A DNA stretch of 64,000 nucleotides from assembly GCA_017548545.1 (NCBI GenBank), contig JAFYZW010000100.1:29008-93007 (forward strand), given 5' to 3'. Positions 52,012-59,926 of this stretch are shown here, piece by piece (the stretch's first letter is position 1; every line of letters starts with the position of its first letter). The notes under the pieces are model-generated. The model saw nothing but the letters and a program-made list of their open reading frames with translations. It was not told the DNA's origin and ran no database searches. The translations under genes were made by a program, and so were the position numbers. This stretch comes from Bacteroidales bacterium. Its GTDB lineage: Bacteria > Bacteroidota > Bacteroidia > Bacteroidales > UBA3663.

Positions 52012-53646
52012 TCAAAAGGTTTTATACTCAAACCAATCGATATCCACCACACCTTCATTATCCGTTTGCTGGCACTGTGCAAAAGCGCCCAACATCACTC
52101 CTGTAAATCCGCCAATCACTTCGGTTGACAGATAGCGGAAATCCATCTTGGCCAATGTCATGAAGTCATGCCCGTCAGTCGAAACCTGAAGGTAATAATA
52201 TTCTTTATCCGAAGAGATTCGCAGATAGGTTCTGTTGCCCGCCAATGCTATCTCTTTCTCGCTATAAGACAGTTCTCCCAAACGTATATTTGACTTGACA
52301 TAGAGCTTTCCTTCCCTTCTTTCAATTACTACATCATAATGATTCAAGGGAGCGGCATAAGCTGTGATACCTGCCTGCATTCCTTCTGTCATGTGCTTTA
52401 CATCAAGCAGGGCCGTAGCCTCGAACCTCAATTCCGTCTGTCGTCTTGCCACAAAAGTAGGAGACGACGCCGCATCGAGCGTCAGTGTAGAGGGCTTGAG
52501 TCGCAGCCACCCCTTGCGCTCGGTCAATGAATAATTGCTAAGCTGCACATTGCCAATACTGTGCCAGCCCAAAGGCATGCCTAAAGACTGATAGCTGTCG
52601 GCAGGCACATCGCGACGCACGTAGTTGAATTCCTCTCGCTCAGGGTCGTTCGGCATCGGCACTTGCGGCAACGTCTTGCACTTCATATCGATGCTCAACG
52701 TGCCATTGCCATTCACTACAGGCCAGGCGTTCTCGTCCCAGCGGACTGGAGCCAGCATCGTCTCACGTCCCATCACATGCAGCAGGTAGCCACTGGTGCG
52801 GTAACCCAGACAGATCATCCACCACGAAGAATCGGTAGCCTGTACCAGATCGGCATGCCCCAGCCCCTGAATAGGATTATCCTGCATCTCCATGCTGAAA
52901 TGAGAGAGTATCGGGTTGGCTCGGTTAGACTCATAAGGTCCAAACAATGAACGGCTACGTAGTATGTTTACTTGATGTCCGTGTTCCGTACCTCCCTCAG
53001 CCAGCAGCATGTAGTACCAGCCATCCTTCTTATAGATATGCGGTCCCTCGGGATATCGGCCACCCAAGCCTGTTCCCAAATGGTGAATCTCACCTATCTG
53101 CTTACCTGTCTCAACGTCGATTTCACATATCTTGATATCACCCTGTTTCCAAAGAAAATAACACTTGTCACCTTCGAAATACAAGGTAGGATCACAACTG
53201 CCTATCGCAAAGTCAATGACAATTGGGTCTGACCACTCTCCCGCAGGATCATCAGTCCAGACATAGAAATGCCGACGTGACGGGAAAACGGTAGTAACCA
53301 TATAGAAGCGGCCTTCATGATAACGTATGGTTGTGGCATAAACGCCACCATTGGTCCACCCCAGCTGTGGATTTGCCTGACTGTCCAGCCCCGACAGGTC
53401 CAACTGCGAAGGACGTGTCAGACAATTGCCTATCTGTTCCCAGTTCACAAGATCCTTGCTATGAAAAACCGGCACCCCGGGAAAGTACTGGAACGTCGAG
53501 TTTACCAGATAGAAATCATCTCCAGCACGGCACACGCTTGGATCGGAGTGGAAACCCGGAAGTACAGGATTCTTAAAACCCTGTGCCGTTACCATTTCGC
53601 ACAAAAAAAGCAAACACAGAAAGAGGTAATGATGCAGATATTTCAT
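52012..53646 (-). CDS. glycoside hydrolase family 43 (beta-xylosidase/alpha-L-arabinofuranosidase type) with a C-terminal lectin-like domain
   Basis: FKNPVLPGFHSDPSVCRAGDDFYLVNSTFQYFPGVPVFHSKDLVNWEQIGN is the classic GH43 N-terminus. A -7 box lies 21 nt upstream. Confidence 0.9.
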   Translation of the reverse strand: MKYLHHYLFLCLLFLCEMVTAQGFKNPVLPGFHSDPSVCRAGDDFYLVNSTFQYFPGVPVFHSKDLVNWEQIGNCLTRPSQLDLSGLDSQANPQLGWTNGGVYATTIRYHEGRFYMVTTVFPSRRHFYVWTDDPAGEWSDPIVIDFAIGSCDPTLYFEGDKCYFLWKQGDIKICEIDVETGKQIGEIHHLGTGLGGRYPEGPHIYKKDGWYYMLLAEGGTEHGHQVNILRSRSLFGPYESNRANPILSHFSMEMQDNPIQGLGHADLVQATDSSWWMICLGYRTSGYLLHVMGRETMLAPVRWDENAWPVVNGNGTLSIDMKCKTLPQVPMPNDPEREEFNYVRRDVPADSYQSLGMPLGWHSIGNVQLSNYSLTERKGWLRLKPSTLTLDAASSPTFVARRQTELRFEATALLDVKHMTEGMQAGITAYAAPLNHYDVVIERREGKLYVKSNIRLGELSYSEKEIALAGNRTYLRISSDKEYYYLQVSTDGHDFMTLAKMDFRYLSTEVIGGFTGVMLGAFAQCQQTDNEGVVDIDWFEYKTF

Positions 53647-53667
53647 AGTCTATTGTATTTTCGAATG

Positions 53668-53675
53668 CAAAGATA
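53668..53675 (-). promoter_or_regulatory. -7 box TATCTTTG (GH43 gene)
   Basis: Exact match, 21 nt upstream of the ATG at 53646. Confidence 0.6.
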
Positions 53676-53783
53676 TAGATAAAAAACCAAACTACAAAAT
53701 AATTGGATATAATTCTATAACTTTTTCAAAAAGAACGCCCCCTTCATCCCGAAGGAAGATGTTCATCAAATAGTTACGGATAC

Positions 53784-53830
53784 AAAAAAAGCACTTGGGA
53801 AAGTGTTCATACTCCCCAAGTGCTTTTTTA
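53784..53830 (-). terminator. intrinsic terminator after the DUF2795 gene (flanked by A7 and T5, so potentially bidirectional)
   Basis: AAAAAAAGCACTTGGG-(14 nt)-CCCAAGTGCTTTTT. Confidence 0.8.
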
Positions 53831-53856
53831 TACATTAATAGTATAATACGAATCTC

Positions 53857-54078
53857 TTAATACTCCTCTTCGTTGAAGAAGAAGTCGTCCTTCTGTGGAT
53901 AATCAGGCCAAAGATCCTCGATGGATTCATAAATGTCGCCTTCATCCTCCATCTCCTGAAGGTTCTCGATTACTTCAAGAGGAGCGCCAGAACGATTGGC
54001 ATAGTCAAGCAATTCCTCGCGGGTAGCAGGCCATGGTGCATCTTCAAGTTTAGAGGCCAGTTCAAGTGTCCAATACAT
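53857..54078 (-). CDS. DUF2795 domain protein
   Basis: LEDAPWPATREELLDYANRSGAPLEVIENLQEMEDEG is typical of DUF2795. Followed by a strong terminator. Confidence 0.7.
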   Translation of the reverse strand: MYWTLELASKLEDAPWPATREELLDYANRSGAPLEVIENLQEMEDEGDIYESIEDLWPDYPQKDDFFFNEEEY

Positions 54079-54219
54079 ACGTTTCTTAATTATTTAAATT
54101 GTTAGTTTTTAGTCTTTTTTCTCAGGCGAAAATACATATATTCCGCTGAATTTGCGCGCGAAGATAGTGGTTTTATCAATATGTTGTTCAAAATGGGGCA
54201 AAGATTTAGGGAAATTTAA

Positions 54220-54945
54220 CTAAAATGCCACTATGTAATGCTGCTTGAAGAAACGTGGTTTGAGGATTGCCAGTCCATAGTCGAAAAGATCCATGGTGAT
54301 TGATACGTCATCGCGGTCACAAATCTGGTCCCAGAATAGTTCGTTGATGTGCCCGGATTGAATGCCACGAACAAAAATCACCGTATCCTCCTTCGAATGG
54401 GCCATCACCCATTCCACCAACTGCTGCGCATAGACTCCCGAAGGCTTGAAACCCTTTCGCCCGACCTCATCCTGGTCCTCGTATGGATTGACATTGACGA
54501 CAATGAAGTCATAGGGTGCACTTTCGTCCAGCTGCTCAAATTGCTCGGCAAACGTAATCTGCGGCAGGCGCTTTGACAGCCACGACAGGTTGACTTGGGC
54601 TCGCGTCTTTGTCTCGGATGTGGCCAACGTAGTAACCCGTAGGCGACTGTCGGTCATAATCAACGGGAGCAATGTATATCCGCCATCGCAAGTGATTTCG
54701 GCAGCATTGCGGCAATGGAAACGATTGGCCAGACGCAGCAAGAGGCAGGCCACCTTGTGTGAGATAGGAGCCTGCTTGTTGTATGTGCTCTGCATACGCC
54801 GATAGGCATAATATGGAAGCTTCTCTTCAATCACTTCCGTAATGATGGCGTATGCGAAAGGAGAATGCACACCGAAACCCTTGCGGTGCTTCAGCTTGCG
54901 CACACCCTTTGACAAATATTCCTTTATTTTTTTCTTGGCACCCAT
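54220..54945 (-). CDS. conserved hypothetical protein (possibly methyltransferase-like fold)
   Basis: The track start at 54954 is a TTG. I use the ATG at 54945 (MGAKKKIKEYL). Function not recognised; the fold guess is weak. Confidence 0.5.
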   Translation of the reverse strand: MGAKKKIKEYLSKGVRKLKHRKGFGVHSPFAYAIITEVIEEKLPYYAYRRMQSTYNKQAPISHKVACLLLRLANRFHCRNAAEITCDGGYTLLPLIMTDSRLRVTTLATSETKTRAQVNLSWLSKRLPQITFAEQFEQLDESAPYDFIVVNVNPYEDQDEVGRKGFKPSGVYAQQLVEWVMAHSKEDTVIFVRGIQSGHINELFWDQICDRDDVSITMDLFDYGLAILKPRFFKQHYIVAF

Positions 54946-54951
54946 GGGGTT

Positions 54952-54979
54952 CAATTAACGATTAACAATTAATAAATAA
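54952..54979. repeat. four copies of a 7-mer related to CAATTAA, spanning the M20 stop and the start region of the next gene
   Basis: caattaa cgattaa caattaa taaataa. It overlaps the last codons (FINC*) of the M20 gene. Confidence 0.7.
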
Positions 54980-56113
54980 AAATTGGGTGAGGATCTTGTA
55001 ATATAACTGGAGGGCTTCGCGAATCTCGTCCGGTCGGATATATTCATCAGCCGTATGGCTGCGCGAAGACTGTCCAGGTCCCATCTTCAGGCTGGGGAAT
55101 CGCATCAAAGCCTGGTCGCTGAGGGTTGGTGAGCCGAAAGGCTGGCGGCCCATGGCCATGATACACTTCAAAAGGGGATGATCGGCCGAAATGCCCGAAG
55201 GCTGGAGACGTGTACTGCGGGGAATTAGTTCCACTGCTGGCCCTTCAGTGGCAAGTGGAGACTTCACCTTGCCGACCTCCTGACGAAGAATCTCTACCAC
55301 TTCGTCGTTGCTGTAGGCGTCGGTAGTGCGACAATCGACCACGAAGCTGCAGATGTCGGGAACGACATTGTGCGCTGTGCCAGCCTGAATACCCGTCACC
55401 GTCACCTTGACAGGCCCCAGCAACGCCGATTCCCGCTCGAAGTGGAAGTTGCGCAAACGTTCGATGGCTTCCAATGCCAGATAAAGCGCATTCACGCCTT
55501 CATTGCGTGCAGCATGGCCCGACTTGCCATGAGCGATACCATCGATCACGACAAGGCCCTTCTCGGCTACAGCCGGCTGCATTCCTGTAGGTTCACCGAC
55601 AAGGCCCACATCGATCTTCGGCAACTGCGACAGCACACTCTCGATACCGTTCTTTCCGCCCACCTCCTCTTCAGCCGAAGCCAGAAAGACGAGATTGTGG
55701 TTGCGACGCTCGCTCTGCTCCTCCTCTGTCAGCATAAGGAAGATATGGAGCAACGTAACCAGCGATGCCCCATCGTCGTTGGATCCTAATCCGTAGATGC
55801 GCTCCTCAAGGCTGCCATCGGGCAAAGCAACCTCCTCACGACTGGCACAGAATGGATCGTGCTGCCAAGTTGATACGGGCTTTACCGTATCGACATGTGC
55901 ATTGAGAAGCAGCGTTGGGCGACCCGCATCAAAACAGGGATCAAGAAGCCAAAGGTTATTCCCCGAGCGATGCACCTCCCGTCCTGTACTTTCCATATAA
56001 TCCTGAAGCATATCCGACACAGCCTTCTCTTCCCGACTCACAGAAGGAATCGCGATCATCTTTTCGAGTAAGTTGATGGACCGAAGAAACGCTGTTTGAA
56101 GATCCGAGGACAT
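54962..56113 (-). CDS. M20 family metallohydrolase (ArgE/DapE-like deacylase)
   Basis: LLLNAHVDTV, GLGSNDDGASLV, EEEVGGKNG, HGKSGHAARNEGVNA are the M20 metal-binding and catalytic motifs. Confidence 0.8.
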   Translation of the reverse strand: MSSDLQTAFLRSINLLEKMIAIPSVSREEKAVSDMLQDYMESTGREVHRSGNNLWLLDPCFDAGRPTLLLNAHVDTVKPVSTWQHDPFCASREEVALPDGSLEERIYGLGSNDDGASLVTLLHIFLMLTEEEQSERRNHNLVFLASAEEEVGGKNGIESVLSQLPKIDVGLVGEPTGMQPAVAEKGLVVIDGIAHGKSGHAARNEGVNALYLALEAIERLRNFHFERESALLGPVKVTVTGIQAGTAHNVVPDICSFVVDCRTTDAYSNDEVVEILRQEVGKVKSPLATEGPAVELIPRSTRLQPSGISADHPLLKCIMAMGRQPFGSPTLSDQALMRFPSLKMGPGQSSRSHTADEYIRPDEIREALQLYYKILTQFLFINC

Positions 56114-56180
56114 ATAGTAATTAGCAATGATCAGTTAATAATTCACAATTAATTGACGAGTACAGGTTAGAAATGCGGCG

Positions 56181-56188
56181 CAAAGATA
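56181..56188 (-). promoter_or_regulatory. -7 box TATCTTTG (M20 operon)
   Basis: Exact match, 67 nt upstream of the ATG at 56113. Confidence 0.55.
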
Positions 56189-56251
56189 ATGATTTTTATG
56201 AAACGAAGATAATCTTTCATCCAAAAATTTTGAAAAATTCGCAAAAATATC

Positions 56252-56259
56252 TATCTTTG
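56252..56259 (+). promoter_or_regulatory. -7 box TATCTTTG (prfB)
   Basis: Exact match, 45 nt upstream of the ATG at 56305. Confidence 0.6.
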
Positions 56260-56304
56260 CGCCACATTTTTTGAATTATTATACCAGCAGATGCTGATTT
56301 TGCT

Positions 56305-57414
56305 ATGATTACGATAGAACAACTGAAGGCCGCACAGGACCGTTTGACCGACCTGCACCGCTATCTCAACATCGAAGACAAGAAGATCCAACTCGAAGAG
56401 GAGGAGCTTCGCACCCAGGTGCCTGGATTCTGGGACAACCAGAAGGAAGCCGAGAAACAGATGAAGGTGGTCAAGGGTATCCGTTCGTGGATCGAGGCCT
56501 ATAACAATGTCAAGGCGAATGTCGATGAACTTGCCACAGCCTTCGACTTCTACAAGGAGGATCTGGTGAGCGAAGAGGAGGTTGACGAGCAGTATAAGAA
56601 GACGATGGACCTCTTTGAGGACGTCGAGCTGAAAAATATGCTTCAGGGTGAAGAAGACCACATGAACTGCATTCTCAAGATCAATGCAGGTGCAGGTGGC
56701 ACCGAGGCACAGGATTGGGCCGAGCAACTGCAGCGCCTCTATATGCGCTATGCCGAGGACCATGGCTACAAAGCCACTGTCCAGGACCTTGTGGAGGGTG
56801 ACGATGCCGGCATCAAGTCGGTGACCATCGAAATCGATGGCGACTATGCTTTCGGTTACCTGAAGTCCGAGAATGGCGTGCATCGCCTGGTGCGTGTGAG
56901 CCCCTATAACGCTCAGGGCAAGCGAATGACATCGTTTGCTTCGGTCTTCGCATTCCCGATGATCGACGACACCATCGACATCAAGATCGATCCCGGCAAG
57001 CTGACGTGGGACACCTTCCGTTCGGGTGGCGCTGGTGGTCAGAATGTCAACAAGGTGGAGTCGGGTGTACGTGCCCGCTATATGTACACCGACCCCTATA
57101 CCGGCGAAGAGAAGGAACTCCTGCAGGCCTGCACCGTGACGCGTGACCAACCCAAGAACCGTGAGATGGCGCTCGAACTCCTCAAGTCGCAGATCTACAA
57201 CATCGAACTGGAGCACAAGCGCGAGAAGCAGGCTTCAATCGAAGCAGGCAAGAAAAAGATCGAATGGGGATCGCAGATCCGTTCGTACGTCTTCGACGAC
57301 CGTCGCGTCAAGGACCATCGCACCGGCTATCAGACCTCAGATGTCAATGCCGTGATGGATGGCAAGATCGACGGCTTCATCAAGGCCTATCTGATGGAAT
57401 TCGGTGGTCAATAG
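56305..57414 (+). CDS. prfB: peptide chain release factor 2 (single uninterrupted ORF)
   Basis: GGQ motif FRSGGAGGQNVNKVESGVR. Tripeptide region RVSPYNAQGKRMTSFASV. C-terminal WGSQIRSYVFDDRRVKDHRTG. Confidence 0.9.
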   Translation: MITIEQLKAAQDRLTDLHRYLNIEDKKIQLEEEELRTQVPGFWDNQKEAEKQMKVVKGIRSWIEAYNNVKANVDELATAFDFYKEDLVSEEEVDEQYKKTMDLFEDVELKNMLQGEEDHMNCILKINAGAGGTEAQDWAEQLQRLYMRYAEDHGYKATVQDLVEGDDAGIKSVTIEIDGDYAFGYLKSENGVHRLVRVSPYNAQGKRMTSFASVFAFPMIDDTIDIKIDPGKLTWDTFRSGGAGGQNVNKVESGVRARYMYTDPYTGEEKELLQACTVTRDQPKNREMALELLKSQIYNIELEHKREKQASIEAGKKKIEWGSQIRSYVFDDRRVKDHRTGYQTSDVNAVMDGKIDGFIKAYLMEFGGQ

Positions 57415-57420
57415 TTATCT

Positions 57421-57448
57421 ATAACCCATAACCGATAACCATTAACCA
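57421..57448. repeat. four copies of the 7-mer (A/T)TAACCN just after the prfB stop
   Basis: ataaccc ataaccg ataacca ttaacca. Immediately followed by a 17-bp-stem hairpin. Confidence 0.85.
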
Positions 57449-57450
57449 AT

Positions 57451-57492
57451 GAAAGCGTGCCAAAGTCATCATTCAGACTTTGGCACGCTTTC
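57451..57492 (+). terminator. long hairpin after prfB whose distal arm lies inside the last codons of the convergent Sel1-repeat gene
   Basis: GAAAGCGTGCCAAAGTC-atcattca-GACTTTGGCACGCTTTC, a 17-bp perfect stem. The Sel1 stop codon is at 57469-57471. Confidence 0.7.
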
Positions 57493-58734
57493 ATTGGCTT
57501 CGTCGAACCTTTTCCTCCAATATCGGGACTTTTCCAGATCGACCTTCACGCCTTTTCCTTCTTCATAGATCTCCGTCAGGAAAGCCATCGAACGCCTATC
57601 TCCAAGTTCCGCAGCCTTGCGGAAATACTCTATGGCCTTCTCAAAGTCCTGCTTTACCCCAAAACCCTTGTAATAGCATAATCCAAGCTGGGCTATCGCT
57701 TCGACTTCGCCTTTCTCAGCCGTCTTGACATACCATTCCACGGCTTTCTTGTAATCCTTGTCAACGCCTTCGCCATTGAAGTATAAATGTCCTAGATTAA
57801 GCTGCGAACGCACATATCCCTGCGCTGCGGCCTTGGTGTACCACTCGAAGGCCTTCTCAGGGTCATAAGGAACTCCGTCGCCATAATAATAACAGTTACC
57901 GTAGTTGTTTTGTGCTGCGGCATTGCCCTGCTCGGCAGCCAGCCCATACCATTCAGCAGCCTTACTATAACTTTGGATGAGGCCCTTGCCCGTGTAATAG
58001 CAGTCGCCCAGATTATTCTGTGCTGTGGCATGTCCTTGTATGGCTGCCCTGGCAAACCACGACACGGCCTCCACATAGTTAATATCAACCCCTTCGCCGA
58101 AGTAATAACAGTTGCCCAGATAAGCTTGTGCGACGGCATTGCCCTGCTCAGCCGCCTTGGTGAACCACTCCACCGCCTTCTTGTAATCCTGTTCCACACC
58201 TTCGCCGCGATAGTAGCATTCGGCGAGATTCTTCTGCGCCTGGACATGGCCCTGTTCTGCAGCCTTGGTATAATATTCCACAGCTTTCTTGAGGTTCCGA
58301 GGTACGCCATCTCCATTGTAACAGCAGTTGCCCAGACTGTTGATCGCATTCACCTGTCCTTGACAGGCTGCCTTGGTGAACCATTCCACCGCCTTCTCGC
58401 AATCACGAGCTACACCCCTGCCTTCAAGATAACAAAGGCCCAGGTTGTTCTGGGCAATGGGATGTTCCTGAACAGCCGCCTTGGTATACCATTCCACGGC
58501 AAGTTTATAATCCTGATCCACACCCAAGCCATCATCATAGCAAAAGCCCAAGTAATGCTGGGCATCGGCATGTCCTTGCTCCGCAGCCTTGCGGAACCAC
58601 TTTACGGCCTCTGTGTTATCCTCGGGCACACCGTCCCCATCGAAGTATTGAATACCACGTTCAAACTGCTGCTGTGCCGTAGCAGGAACAGCATCACAAG
58701 TATCCTCGGGAAGAGGGTTCGAAGAAGAAGACAT
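57469..58734 (-). CDS. Sel1-like repeat (SLR) protein, ten 36-aa repeats, no signal peptide
   Basis: Ten consecutive units of the form AVEWFTKAAEQGxxxAQxxLGxCYYxGxGVxxDxxK (108-bp DNA period). Confidence 0.85.
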   Translation of the reverse strand: MSSSSNPLPEDTCDAVPATAQQQFERGIQYFDGDGVPEDNTEAVKWFRKAAEQGHADAQHYLGFCYDDGLGVDQDYKLAVEWYTKAAVQEHPIAQNNLGLCYLEGRGVARDCEKAVEWFTKAACQGQVNAINSLGNCCYNGDGVPRNLKKAVEYYTKAAEQGHVQAQKNLAECYYRGEGVEQDYKKAVEWFTKAAEQGNAVAQAYLGNCYYFGEGVDINYVEAVSWFARAAIQGHATAQNNLGDCYYTGKGLIQSYSKAAEWYGLAAEQGNAAAQNNYGNCYYYGDGVPYDPEKAFEWYTKAAAQGYVRSQLNLGHLYFNGEGVDKDYKKAVEWYVKTAEKGEVEAIAQLGLCYYKGFGVKQDFEKAIEYFRKAAELGDRRSMAFLTEIYEEGKGVKVDLEKSRYWRKRFDEANESVPKSE

Positions 58735-58759
58735 GGAAAACTACAGAAAAACGATGACG

Positions 58760-59917
58760 TTAGCCAAGGAATGCGAGAAGCACACCTGCTGCCACTGCGG
58801 AACCGATGACACCGGCCACATTGGGACCCATGGCGTGCATAAGCAGGTAGTTGGTAGGATCGTACTTGAGGCCCACCTCCTGGCTGATGCGTGCCGAATC
58901 GGGCACAGCTGATACGCCGGCATTGCCGATGAGTGGGTTGATCTTCTTGCCTTCGGGCAGGAACAGATTGAAGAACTTGACGAAGAGCACGCCCGAAGCT
59001 GTGGCAACGATGAAAGAGAGCGCACCGAGACCAAAGATTTCGAGCGACTCGGCTTTGAGGAAGGTCGATGCCTGGGTCGAACAACCCACGGTGAAGCCCA
59101 GCAGAATGGTGACAATATCAATGAGCGGTCCCTTGGCTGTATCAGCCAGACGACGGGTGACACCCGACTCCTTCAGCAGATTGCCGAAGAAGAGCATACC
59201 GAGCAATGGGAGGCCCGAAGGGATGATCCACGTGGTGAGGAGCAGACCCAATATCGGGAAGATGATCTTCTGACGCTGGCTCACCGAACCAGGTGCCTTC
59301 ATACGGATGCGACGTTCCTTGTCGGTGGTGAGCAGTTTCATTACAGGCGGCTGGAACACGGGTATCAGCGCCATGTAGGAATAGGCGGCCACCGCAATGG
59401 CACCCATCAGGTCGGGAGCAAGTTTGCTCGAAAGGAAGATGGCCGTAGGTCCGTCAGCTCCACCGATAATGCCGATGGCACCCGCCTCTTGAGGCGAGAA
59501 TCCAAGGGCAAGCGATAGCATGTAAGCACCAAAGATGCCAAACTGTGCCGCAGCACCCACCAGCACCATCTTCGGATTGGCGATTAGTGCCGAGAAGTCG
59601 GTCATCGCCCCAATGCCCAAAAAGATGAGCGGAGGATACCAGCCCTGCTTCACGCCACTATAGAGGATATTGAGCACCGACCCCTCCTCGTAAATGCCGA
59701 TACGCAAACCCGCATCAAGAGGGAAAGGAATGTTACCTACCAGAATGCCGAAGCCAATGGGAACAAGGAGCATCGGCTCGAAATGTCGGGCAATGGCAAG
59801 ATAGATGAAAAGGCAGCCGACAATGGTCATCACCACATTGCCGACCTCCACATTGCCAAAACCTGTATATTCCCAAAGGACCTGCAGATTCTCTATAAAG
59901 AAGTCCAACTTATTCAT
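58760..59917 (-). CDS. sodium ion-translocating decarboxylase beta subunit (OadB/MmdB family)
   Basis: GNVVMTIVGCLFIYLAIARHFEPMLLVPIGFGILVGNIP...GAMTDF...GGADGPTAIF are conserved OadB membrane motifs. Confidence 0.85.
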   Translation of the reverse strand: MNKLDFFIENLQVLWEYTGFGNVEVGNVVMTIVGCLFIYLAIARHFEPMLLVPIGFGILVGNIPFPLDAGLRIGIYEEGSVLNILYSGVKQGWYPPLIFLGIGAMTDFSALIANPKMVLVGAAAQFGIFGAYMLSLALGFSPQEAGAIGIIGGADGPTAIFLSSKLAPDLMGAIAVAAYSYMALIPVFQPPVMKLLTTDKERRIRMKAPGSVSQRQKIIFPILGLLLTTWIIPSGLPLLGMLFFGNLLKESGVTRRLADTAKGPLIDIVTILLGFTVGCSTQASTFLKAESLEIFGLGALSFIVATASGVLFVKFFNLFLPEGKKINPLIGNAGVSAVPDSARISQEVGLKYDPTNYLLMHAMGPNVAGVIGSAVAAGVLLAFLG

Positions 59918-59926
59918 TCGACACGT

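Noticed and set aside
56305-56400. Expected programmed +1 frameshift site in prfB.
   Set aside because: The RF2 reading frame is continuous from the ATG at 56305, with no in-frame UGA near codon 26. The frameshift autoregulation is simply absent, as in a minority of bacteria.
56251-57216. 321-aa minus-strand ORF opposite prfB. Similar antisense ORFs lie at 30523-31419, 40238-41146, 49013-49924, 57910-58809, 61643-62470, 34563-35327 and 39344-40096.
   Set aside because: In every case the opposite strand encodes a protein with clear family motifs (RF2, transglutaminase, GH9, GH42, Sel1, Wzc, SIMPL, HAD). The antisense ORFs lack motifs and promoters.
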